NCBI GenBank assembly: GCA_002633005.1
Contig: NMRA01000399.1
Span: 26,481-90,480 of the forward strand
Length of the DNA stretch: 64,000 nt
Reading direction: 5' to 3'
Source: Phoronis australis
Lineage: Eukaryota; Animalia; Phoronida
Numbering within the stretch: the stretch's first letter is position 1; every line of letters begins with the position of its first letter. Below are positions 52,901 through 64,000 of this stretch, in pieces. The notes beneath the pieces are model-generated. The model saw only the letters and a list, made by a program, of their open reading frames with translations. It ran no database searches and had not been told where the DNA came from. The position numbers and the translations under genes are program-made.

Positions 52901-54229
52901 GAATGGCATAGTGACTTCTATAGTCACATTCACATGAACAAATGCAAATTAGTTACTTGAGAAACTGGATTTTGCAGATTTTGAAACACACTTAATGTTT
53001 TCTAGGGTCTTCCAGATAAAAGGCTAGGTTGTTCATGTGTTGGTTAAAACTGGCAAACTTATTGAATTAGAAACTACATGTTTACAAAATCAAATTTCTA
53101 TGCCCTTGTTAAAATTGTGCTTTGAAAAAGAGTTCCATAAAAACATAACTGGTCTGCGCATGGCTGCTGCAGATGTTGAAGGCGGGTTCTGGCCAAGGTG
53201 GGCACTGGCCAATTGTGAATGGGGCTTAGTTGGAGAGTGAAAATCTACCTTTGGAATGTTTTTAAAGGTTCCTGCATAGCAGCTTGTCTCGGTAGTCCTG
53301 GCTACTTATTGTCTCCAGCCCACAGAATTTTCCCTATTTTTATTTCTGAAAGATTGTGGGAATGTAAAAATTGCAGGTTATCTTGGTCGTATATCACCAG
53401 TAAGGCCTTATTAACCACGTATGTATTGCAAGGGATGTGAGATAAGTCATGCTTCTGCCTATCATTCCACTGAGCAAAGACAGTGTCTGAACTTGGGTCT
53501 GGGGCCACTTGTAATTGATGCTGCCATTTGTTGCTGGAACAGACCAATTAGTTGCTTTACTAAGGTCCCTGAATAGTGGAGAAGGGCAAGGGGAACACTT
53601 GAATGTTGAAGTATATTTAAGGTGAATGATCATTTGTAAACATGCGTAAAGGTGGGTGAGTTGTAAATACATTGTAAAAGTGGGTAAGTTTCTTTGCTGA
53701 TGTTTCACAAAGTAACTAAAGTTGGGTGTCATTTAGACTGAACACTGCTGATTCAGTCCTGTTAATATGAAGCCTTTGTTTCAGAAATCAAGAAGCTATC
53801 TAGTGACATAGTGACACGGTGGATGAAAACAGTGCGAGGTGATGCGTCGGACTTGAGCACCACAAAGAAGAAGAAGGCAGACAGCATCGCCGATGCAGAG
53901 AATCATAAAAACGGCGAGAAATCGAAACACCACCGCAAGGAAAGGCGTAACTCGGCGGAGAAAAAAGACTCTGCAAAACAAAACAACGAATCTGGCAATA
54001 ATAAAGAGAGTGTGGAGACTAAGAGCCGTCCAAAGACGGTTAAACTTCATAACTCTAAATTCCGCTCAACGGGGCTCGAGGAGGACATTCAATTACCAAA
54101 GGTTATTAAAAAGAAGGCGTCTGAACCAGCAAAGACTATAAAACGTCCCGTGTGAGTGTCCTGTACGAGTGACTCGTGTTGGTAGCGCGACTCACCGCCG
54201 TGTGTCCGGTCACATAAAGTGGCATTGGG

Positions 54230-54260
<31 letters not shown>

Positions 54261-57200
54261 AAATATTTAATGAATGTTATTTGACTGCAATGCGCCCCTT
54301 GCTACTGTGGTCACTCATTGGCTGCCCTGACATACTGGCTTATGAACACAAAATGAGTTACTCAATGGTACGAAAAAAAATCAGTTGGGTATTATTTCAA
54401 AAAGTATTTGAAATTGGCTAACCTTGGTCTAGACTTTTTATGTTATGCTAATCCCTTGGTATAAATTTTATCCATCTTATTTTGCCCGTCCCAATTACCT
54501 GTCTTTAAAAGAGCTTTATAGATTTCGTGCCGATTGCTTGTTTCACCTATTTCACATGCTGTGTCTGGCCAAGAAATCTCATCTCATTTCAGTATTTCCA
54601 TTAGTTAAACTATTCTTTATCTTCCCTAACATTGAAAATGACCGTTCTCGTTAATTCACAAACCAGTTGCTGTGTATTGTCCCTCGATTTTGCTCATCAA
54701 ATGGCAATGTCAGACTTTCAATTCATTGAAAACGTGCCAGGAGCATAACATAATGGAATTCTTGCATACCGTTCAACTTCAAACCAGATATTGTCAGGGC
54801 ATTCAAAAGGGTGTACCCTGCTGGCTTGGAGGGGTGCTTCAATCCGATGTAATATTGTGATACACTGGGATGCATTTAAAATTGGTCGAATCATTCACAC
54901 AAGCCACACTCTTTAAGGTTAACTAACTTGAAAATGTATACATTCTCCGTTGAAGTAGAAAACGTAAAAATTCCACTTCTTCGCTGCTAACCAATCTGTT
55001 GATTGCGTGACCGTTATTTTACAGTAAAATTTGTTAAAAAAGTAGGTAACAATAACATAACTAACTAAACCTCTTTTCATTCCAGTATTTCAGATGAAAT
55101 GTCCAAAATAATCTCACATTTTTATTCATTTCTTTTTATTTAACATTAAGTCTAAATAAACGCGCATCTTGACAAAAAAACACCGATTTAGAGCACTTCT
55201 CTATAATTGGAGGTAATTTTAGGGCATTTCGTCGTTCCTTGAGACCTTTGAGTATTAAATAACATGCTGTGACAAGCCAACGTGTAGAGCTTGTTCTTCA
55301 GCAATAATGAACTGTTAGTTCTTTCAAAGCCTTAAAGATGTCTCTGATTGAACAAAAGACCAATTTTATACCAACTTAACAATAAGAGGTTTAAGTTAAA
55401 GTTTATGTTTGATGGAAAGCCTTTTTTTTGCCTCTATTGTTTTCATTAAAGACAAATGTACCCAATTTCTTATTGCACCTTAACAAAATGAAACAATTTA
55501 ACAGTAATTAGTAACATCGTTTATAGGAACAATTAATTAATAATGATGTATCAGAAAGTTTTTCTAAATCTAATGGTCATCTCAGATGTGATCTTGTGAC
55601 GTGAGCAAAATTTTTGATGTTTTTGCTGTGCTGAACAGCAGCACACATCACAGGTTTTATACAGAGGTGAACAAATGAATGTCCAATACAAACATTGGCT
55701 CATAATCCACCTGCCAAAAGGTGTCGAAGGTCAGTTAGGTGTCAAAGGTCAGTTAAACACAAACAGTATTTCGTGTTAAGGCCCATTAGAAAGAAAATTT
55801 GCTTTGCTCAAGTTTTGTTGCAAAGATAAAAATGAAAACCACATTGCATGATTGGGAAAGCTGTTTTGAGTAAGCAGATCAGCACTGTGGTTCAACTCAT
55901 CGGCATAACACAGACAAACATCTGAAGCTTGCATCGAGTTAATTGCATTTTTCAGAAATCTTCACCGCACTTGTTAATTTGTTCAAATTGGGAATGTAGA
56001 GGGTATTTTATAAACGGGGTGAGATTTATGTGCTTTGTAGCCATAAATTACAAAAGTTGATATATTTTTAATTCTATTTACTGAGCATTATATTAATGCT
56101 CAGATTTTAGAGTTTATGAAATGCTCAAATAACCGTAAATGACACACAAAATAATTTTATCAGAGATTAACTGTTAAATTAAATCTGTCGACATGTAGAC
56201 AAATTAAACTTTTTTGTTGAAAGGTGCAATAGTTTTTTAATTCTACGCACAGAAGACATGTTTGTTGCACCTTGAAAGACGAGGTATTTATTTAGTAAAA
56301 AGTTTACTTGTTATTATACATGAGTTGTTACTACTGTTGTTGAACAATAAACTATAAAAGCTTCAACTTTTGTTTAATTGATTGTTATTAATTTATCCAG
56401 CAGACTATACACTATTACCCGCAGTAGACTTTTGGGCTGCCAATACCAAAATATCTACCTAACTTTTACACACTGAATAATGCTTGCAAAATCCAGATGA
56501 CCATTTGATTTGGTCCAATTGGCTACTCGCGTGTCCAGTGTTTGTACAGGTGGTCTATGCTAAGTCTCCACGCCTTCTGAAGTCCTCATTCCCTGTATTG
56601 TAGATTGCCTGGTGCATCAAAATCTCTTGAACCCCCAGAGAAGAAGGTTCGTCCTCCGGGCACCACCAGTGTCACCACTGCATCAGTAACAACAGCATCT
56701 TCCACAGACAGAGCTGGCGGTGTCAAGATGATAGCAGCCAGACCTAGGCGTAAGTGCACTTTCTTAACATACACTTCATTTTAACATCTCTTGTAGAAAA
56801 GCAAATAATAGACAAAAGAACATCTATATTACAATTACTGTTTCACAAATCCCAACTTCAACTGAGCTGTATTATTAAGACGCTATATGCAAAACATGGC
56901 AGTAAAATTATTTTGCATGTTGTGTATATTTATTACTTCTCTAGATAATACAGCTGAGTTGAAGTTGTGAGACATCAGGTACTTGTAACAAAAATGGAAT
57001 TTAATAAAATTTTGATCGCTAATTTTATCCTCATTTTATGGCCATAAATGAACATAATGCATAAAATTGGTGCTGAATACATAAAACAATTGGGGGGTTA
57101 TCTTTCTAAATGAGCAATGGACCCTACTATTTAGGTCACGTGGTGTTATAAAACCATCTCTTCTTGCATTGCACTTGGATTAGAAACGGATTTTTAGGCT

Positions 57201-60200
57201 TAAGAATGGTTCTCATTTGCTTCCAGAACCACTAAGTTGCTTGTAATGTCGTGCTCGATCAGACCCATGAAGTAGCTTGTCACTGTTGGCTAGTCTAATC
57301 CATCGTGCACTCCAGAATATTTTTACTGACTTCATTATCACCTCGCTTTTTCCAGCACCTGTTCTACAAATGTCAGAGAGTTCAGGTTTCATGGACGCCA
57401 TAGCAACGGCCAAGCCTGTCGCTAGGAAGCGGAAAAAGGCCCCTTCTAAACCCACCACTCCTACTTCCCCCACCCCACCAAAGCAGCCTGCAGTCCCTTC
57501 TGTAAGTATTAAGCTTGACTTGGCATTCCCGTTGTCATGGTACTTGAGTTTGTGTTAAAAAAATGTACGCAATGATTTATTTATAGCTAAATAACTACAT
57601 GCTATAGTGTTGTCTGCATCCATCTTTGGCTGGTGGACATTCTGTAGACGCAACATGTTTGCAAAACACAAGGTCACACAAGTCTTTGGCTTGTGGACGT
57701 TCTGTAGACGCAATGTACTTGCAAAATACAAAGATCACACAAGTCTTTGCACAATATTGCCATGTGTTACAAGCGAAGGGCTTAATCACACTAGCTTTAC
57801 TTGTGAGTTTGTTGCCAGTTTTAGTAAAGCATCACTCATCAGCGCACTAGTGTAAGTCATGAGGAAGCATACCCAGTGTTGGGGTATGCAGAGGTGTGCT
57901 GCTTTCACTTTTTGATGATAAACCTGCATCAGGATTTGATTATGACTAAATAAGCCTGCTACATGCTGGCTTTGCATTTTGTCTGCACCCATCTTTGATA
58001 CCGCTGATCATGTGAAACTTGGTCAAACACTGCGCAGTCGTTATCAACAGAACTTGATCTTGTATTAGTTTTTTCTGTCAGTGAAATCACATTTTATCGT
58101 AAGCTTTTCTGACAATACATGTGCTGATGGCAGGTTTGTTAATGAAATAGTTATAATTAGATCACTGTCATACAGAAGACTTACTGAGTCATCCTAATGC
58201 TGACTTAAGCCACTGACACATAAGAGGTTGTGGTCTGTATTTTGTCATTTAAAAACTCATTGTTAATGTGGTTTCTAACAGTTCTATCAAGACACGTTGG
58301 ACACCAATGGGGATGAGGCGATGTCCCCTGATGCTAAGGAGGACAGCAGTGTAGCTAATAGTGAAGCCGGTCAGTACTGTCTAGTGTATCTATTGTGTAT
58401 CATAATACTAGTAGTAACATGTTTGTCTGTGGGGATGGTATATATCTTTCACTTTATGCTTGCTGTATGGCAGCTGTGTTGGGACATGTATTTTACCATA
58501 GACAAAAAATACGGAGACTATGCGTGCTATGTGGCGGATGTGTGTGTACGTATATTTTACCACAGACAAGCAATACGGAGATTATGTGTACTGTAAGACA
58601 GCTGTGTTTGGATGTGTATTTTACCGTAGACTAGCAACACAACAATTATCGCCAGTTTGTCAAGTTACATGCGGTAGCACACCTAGCTACAAACCAAAGT
58701 ACTAATTCTTCAACTATTCAGCCCACTATGTAGCAGACAAGTGAAATTTTGTCCAAACAATTCCACAAAAACAAAGCTTTCAGGAATTTTTTATAATTTC
58801 TAATCTTGTTTTGCACTGTGTAGGTCCTATAACACAACATTTGGTAAAACTTCCAATATTTGTACCAAAGTAATCGGTGATTTTGTTGATTATTTTTGTG
58901 TGAAGTAAGTGGATGCACACCCACCATGTCATGTGGGTCAAATCACCACCATGATACTTTTCGCTTATCGAGGTTTATTGAACTTTTTCGAAGTTGTGAA
59001 GTTTGACAAACTGAGGCTTGTAGTTTTCCAGGTTATATCACAAGGTGACACTAATAGACGTTGAATTTTGTGTGTTAATGGATCTACGTTATCTTAAATT
59101 TTACAACAGTCACAAACGTTGACAACATTGGTTATCGTCGTCTGTTGTAGGTGATCAAAGTGAGGCTAGCGAGTCATCCAGTACCTTGGATGGTTCGGTC
59201 AAAAAGAAGAAAAAGAAAACTGTCTCTTGGGCGCAGGAGTCTAACCTTCACACATACCATTATTTTGAAATGGAAGAAGGGGAGAGGGGTAAGTAAGCCT
59301 TATTCTGGGGTCGGGTCACTTACTGTTGATTTGATACATTGGTGCTGGCAATATTGGAAGTCAAGGGTCAAGTAGAGGTCAACATGTGAGCGGCTCATGG
59401 TGTCAAAGATTTTTAGTTACACTACCGGGCAAAATTGAAGTGTGCTGTATTGCAACCTACAACTATGTGAATTTTAGCCTTGAACTCCCGATTAGTTTTA
59501 TACGGAATGCAGTTGATTTCAAAGTCGTATGTGGAAAATCGGAGTATTTAGACACGACTTAAATTGAACGTTAGCTTTCTGAGTGGGTGATATTCATTTG
59601 CAGTGAATGTGAACCGGGTGAAGGATTCTGACGAGATGAAGAAGAAAGACTTAATGATGGACCGACAAGCTGTAGAGAATGTAAAGAAACAGGCAAAGTT
59701 GGCCAGAGATAAGATGACTGAGGAAATACAGTGGTAAGTATAGTGGGCAGTGAGGAGGCAGTGTTGCCTAGAGGCTTTAGTGTCTGCCAGAGTGAGGCCT
59801 AGTGGCTTTAGTGTCTGCCTCAGTGTGGCCTAGAGGCTTAAGTGTCTGCCTCAGTGGGGCCTGGTGGCTTTAGTGTCTGCCTCAGTGGGGCCTGATGGCT
59901 TTAGTGTCTGCCTCAGTGGGGCCTGGTGGCTTTAGTGTCTGCCTCAGTGAGGCCTAGAGGCTTTAGTGTCTGCCCCAGTGAGGCCTAGTGGCTTTAGTGT
60001 CTGCCTCAGTGGGGCCTGGTGGCTTTAGTGTCTGCCTCCTGTTCTCATGGTCATAAGTTTATATCTCACTGTATTGCACTGCTAGATTGGTGAGTCCGGT
60101 CTCCAGCACCTCAGCTCAGTCTAAATGTGTGTATATTTATGTCTATGGCTTCAAGTGTGTTGTGCAATGGGCCGAGCTGAGCGCCCTGCACATAATGCAG

Positions 60201-63200
60201 CGTGTATCAGACCACCTGCACTATTTGTATAGTGGTCTGTGATGTTGAACACGACTAATTCTCCATTGTTTATTCAGCAAGAAACAGTCTGGTTGTGAAT
60301 GAGAAAGCGAGCTTTTACTAGTACTGTGTTTTGACTGGCACTTAGCTCTAGAGCAGGTTGGCCCACTAATAGTGTGGTATGGCCCACTAATAGACTATAG
60401 TGTGGTATGGGCTTAAGTTAATCAGTGCATCACAATGTGACAGTCTATTCCACAATTCCTCTCACTACTATACAGTGACCTACTTTCTTGTCAGAGACCT
60501 GTCTTATTGTGGGTGTGCCAAACATTTGTTGGTATGCTTCTTAGGCTAAGTATTCCAAAATAGAATATGGGAGGCTGTAGAGGTGAAAGATGGAAACGAC
60601 ACTTGACTGGCAAAGAGAATTCCTTTTGAATAGTCTGCTGACATGTTACCCAGACAACTAACTCTAGTGTAGACTTATTGTGATATCCTGTGCTGCAATG
60701 TTTGTGCCTCTTGCTGTTGCAGGTATCACCCTATTTTGATCTCAGACCTTCCCTCTGGGACAGAGAAGGGCTCCAAGAGCAAAGAGAAAGATATCCAAAA
60801 GCAGAGAGAGACCGCAGTCCTGCAGATACTATTTTTCTCCAAAGAAACGTAAGCAAACCCTGTTGTCTCACAATCAAAAGCCATATTCTAAAATATCACA
60901 GCACAGCTCTGACTCTGCAGTATTTACCCACTGTACTGTGTGTAAGTATGGCTGTTGCTTATAACTATCTACATTAAAACTGATTCATTCTAACTGCTAA
61001 TTAAGTTACATTGTTTCATCTTACAGTTCTGACAAGCTGAACGCGACTTTAATATTAATAATGTATTGATTTGTCCAACTTTGCTCAAAAGTGTGTTAGC
61101 AGTCTAGCTTTTCAACTAGATCGGTCACCAACTGTTTTTCTTTCACAAAAACGAGGCCTATTGAATTCCAGATGTGGCTATTGTTTTTGTTGTGTCAGAC
61201 ATTTCTTGGATTGTTGCGAGAAGTGTCAGTGACTTGACCACTAGGTGCCTCTCTACCTAATCAAGCACTATTGGCTGTTGATAAGTTATTTATTTGTTGT
61301 TTGTATTGTTCCAGTCTTCCTGACTCTGGTACAGAGCCAGACCCTACAGAGTACTCACCACCCACAGACCCTGTCATCATTCCCCTTAATGTAAGTCTTT
61401 ATTGACTGGATTAATTACAGAAATTGGTTAAAACAAAATACTTGGCTAAAACTATGCGTTGAAATATCTTAAACATTTTTTATTTCCTCAGGTTTATTCT
61501 GAAATTAATTATTAATTGGCGGAAATTAAATTATTCTATGCATGCGCTGTGCTAGTAAGGCGCAAGTAACAACATGGGATTACTGAAGACGTTGACTTAT
61601 TTCCCATCAGAATAACAATGGTGTGCTTGTGAAGCTATCTAATTACATTCTCCTTCTCTGCCATTCACTACAGGAGTCTGGTGATACTGCTTCACCTGAT
61701 GATCCCAGTGGAGGTCAGATGGCCTTGCCCGATGAGCTAGCCACCCTTGTTGCCAATGTGGCTCACCAGGGGACAGCACCGCAGCTCCTCTCTAACGTAA
61801 TGGTATGTAGATCCCGAGTAGCGTGTTTTGGTATACATATCACCTTTATCGTTATCTCCAACCTTATTAAGTGGCCTCTATTCTAACTCGTATATCAAAA
61901 AACTAAGGTTTCTCAACTAGTAGAAGTATATATTTTCTGAAAGAAAAAAGATTAAGGAATGTGAAAATACATTTTGTATTAATGTACCATTACTATTTTT
62001 ACATAAAAAACTTTTTTAAGTCAAAATTTTGTTTTTAAGAAAGGTACATTCATAGCAAAATAACCCCTCGGTCGATTTTAATGAATCCTTTTTTAAATGA
62101 AAACTTCACCAGTTTTCTTAAAAACGCTGATAGTAATTTTCGATTAGTCTTTTTGTATGGTTTCTATGACAAATCAACACGCAAAACGTAAGGTATCCTT
62201 GTAAAAAACGGAAGTCGTATTTGTCTTTGTTACATTATACAAAAATAGGCCTTTATATCGAAAATCCCAACAGCGTTTTTGAGACTGATGACTAAATATT
62301 ATATTTGGAAAGTTTCAATGAAATCCACCTAGCCGTTTTCGAGAACTGTATTCCTAAGTTCAAATGAAGTCGATTTGCCGAAGCGGTGAAAAAGCCGATT
62401 AAACTGGGACAAATGAAAATCTCAAAGTCTTCGGTTAATTATTCTGTGAAAGCTTGTTTTCGGTACATATAACCTATACAAGCCTTGAATATGTTCGCTA
62501 TTTCAACATTCATTCGCAATTTTAACTGATTTTGCATTGCGTAATTTACTTAATTATCATTAAAACGTACTGTTCTTAGCTAACTACTGTTTTTCTCGAC
62601 CATTTGGCCTACTTTTATATGTAAATAGGTCACAGTTCATTGTTATACCGTACACATAGCCTGTACACATCATGTGCTAGGAGACTGATACACAACCAAG
62701 TAAGAAATGGATAACAAAAATTGAATCGATGGTTAAAGCATGTCGTTAGGATGAGATCGAAACATTGAAATGCCAGTTAATTAGTTGAATGAAGGAATTA
62801 GGGTGAGGATTTATCTCTTTTCACAATTTGCTGTGTTCATGACCACAGAGGTGGCAGTAGCATTCGTTCTTAACGCCAACGGTCATATGCACGTAGACGC
62901 ACAACTCCCTTAGGATCAAAACTACGTTTTGTCTTTGTTTTCCCCGGGCACCATTCTACCATAAGTACGCCTCGTTTACTCAATGTTATGGCGATTTTCT
63001 GGTTGAAAGGACTGAGGTTATACGAAGCTGTTCTGTACCTGTACCTGGCGGGAGATTCGATTTCATTGAAAGCCCTTTAACCTTTGACCTCAGATAAATA
63101 GTGAACAAATGTCCACGCGGTTGTGCGTTTCCAAGGTGGTTCTGTTAAATCTTTTTTTCTCTGTATGCAGTATATATTTTGTATTTGAAGTTCTCTGAGA

Positions 63201-63551
63201 ATGAAGATAAGGTATTTGACTACACACATATTGTAAAAATGTACATTTGTGTGAATAAGGTTGGAGATAACCTTAATACACAAAAATTGTTTGACATTTT
63301 GTTTCCATATAAGAGCACTGTAATGACACTTTTTGGTCTTGATTCGATTTGAATTTCAGTTTTAACCATTCATTTTGATTTGATCATAATGCATGTGTAA
63401 GTGATGACTGCTTAGATTTGATCACAATGAGAGAGTTCACATGTTACTGTTGTATTGCAGAGTCAGTCTACCACTGGTGACATATCTACAGACCAGCTTA
63501 AACAGATACTCGGCAGTGTAAACCCAATCAACGACCACTCAGTACCATCAG
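40975..63551 (+). CDS. PPP1R10: Protein phosphatase 1 regulatory subunit 10 (PNUTS), 3'-incomplete in this window
   Basis: Putative ATG at 40975-40977 immediately before a GT donor. Exons: 41647-41744 (APVDPKMLLNAL), 43400-43486 (LMKDANKMVSQCVYINVL), 49929-50116 (FIESGGWDVLYAWL...PVTVGLLKRN, TFIIS-N domain), 53785-54151 (KFRSTGLE), 56604-56749, 57356-57501 (GFMDAI), 58282-58369, 59151-59288 (KKKTVSWAQESNLHTYHYFEMEEGER, PP1-binding RVxF motif), 59604-59733, 60723-60848, 61315-61390 (PDSGTEPDP), 61674-61802, 63461-63551. Phases are consistent throughout. Confidence 0.93.
41822..42862 (+). mobile_element. Helentron/HINE-like non-autonomous element with internal tandem units
   Basis: Starts in a T-run. 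Sub-terminal IRs ATGCGCCCAC (41827-41836) and GTGGGCGCAT (42828-42837), 3' palindrome CAAC..GTTG followed by CTCTTGTT, and diverged internal repeats with GAAATTTGG and CCTAGTGGC motifs. Confidence 0.65.
43925..44040. repeat. Minisatellite, about 27-bp unit x4
   Basis: Unit TTTGGCTTGACATGGCATGTCATGTTA. Confidence 0.75.
44845..45700 (+). mobile_element. Interspersed repeat, Helitron/Helentron-like, second family
   Basis: 45484-45600 and 45670-45700 are similar to 15420-15560 (TTTAGATAGAGTTT.GAACGGGCTTTCAGA; GCTAGTCAYATGAA). Confidence 0.5.
47226..47295. repeat. Minisatellite, 16-bp unit x4
   Basis: Unit CAAATCTAGGGGTCAT. Confidence 0.9.
48552..48626. repeat. Minisatellite, 21-bp unit running into the assembly gap 48627-49250
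   Basis: Unit GAGGGGAATTTTGGGCCTTGT. Confidence 0.85.
51215..52410 (+). mobile_element. Second copy of the Helentron/HINE-like family
   Basis: Shares the internal units and the 3' end (AAAAGCACACC...GCATTCGTGGGTGCATTTCAACGC...GCTCTTGT) with 41822-42862. Confidence 0.65.
59756..60037 (+). repeat. Minisatellite, 31-bp unit x9, resembling a tRNA-SINE 5' head
   Basis: Unit CAGTGDGGCCTRGWGGCTTTAGTGTCTGCCT. Confidence 0.9.
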
Positions 63552-64000
63552 GTAAGTGGCGAGGGATCTATCAGTATTCTGATGACCCTGTGTTCATGAA
63601 GTATTTATTAGTAAACTGAACACTTTACAGTTGGCAGTATAGTAGTTGTAGTCTGATGTCTTTGCATTTCTATTCAGTCTTGTCATTAGTACTTTTATCT
63701 AAATTATCAGTGTCAGGAAGCCCGGTCAGTTTAATAACATTGCCAAATGTCAACTTTCTATGGAGTGGTTCAGTGATACAGAGGCAGTTGATCATCTAAT
63801 TTTTCATAAAAGTTTTTTGTGCGAATTCATTTCTGTTGTTTATATGCCAAATGGTGGGATATGATATTATAGAAATATTTGATAATTCAATATTAACAGT
63901 GGCGGATCTAGGATATCACAAGGGGGGGGGCCAACATTTTGTCCGGCTGTAAACATTTGCGCAAACTGAACCACGATTGTAGATGCGCATAGCCCCAAAT

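Noticed and set aside
53150-53730. Several overlapping 70-112 aa ORFs in a PPP1R10 intron
   Set aside because: No recognisable domain and not phase-compatible with the gene model.

Overview
Eukaryotic, AT-rich, intron-rich genomic DNA, most likely from an invertebrate bilaterian, in a draft assembly with N gaps and probable haplotype duplications. I reconstructed four spliced housekeeping genes by hand, arranged as two head-to-head pairs: CACYBP (-, 6 exons, 231 aa) with SURF6/RRP14 (+, 4 exons), and MRPS18B (-, 7 exons, 224 aa) with PPP1R10/PNUTS (+, at least 14 coding exons, running off the window end). The human orthologues lie at 1q25, 9q34 and 6p21.3, all MHC paralogons, and MRPS18B-PPP1R10 is also head-to-head in the human MHC, so this looks like a proto-MHC-derived segment. 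The introns hold many transposon derivatives: a hAT element nested in a Penelope fragment, an AT-TSD TIR element present in only one duplicate copy, a Kolobok-like THAP element with about 320-bp TIRs, Helentron/HINE-like elements carrying arrays of CTCF-like motifs, MITEs and many minisatellites. I found no RNA genes, CRISPR arrays or prokaryotic systems. Family assignments come from recalled motifs, not database searches.
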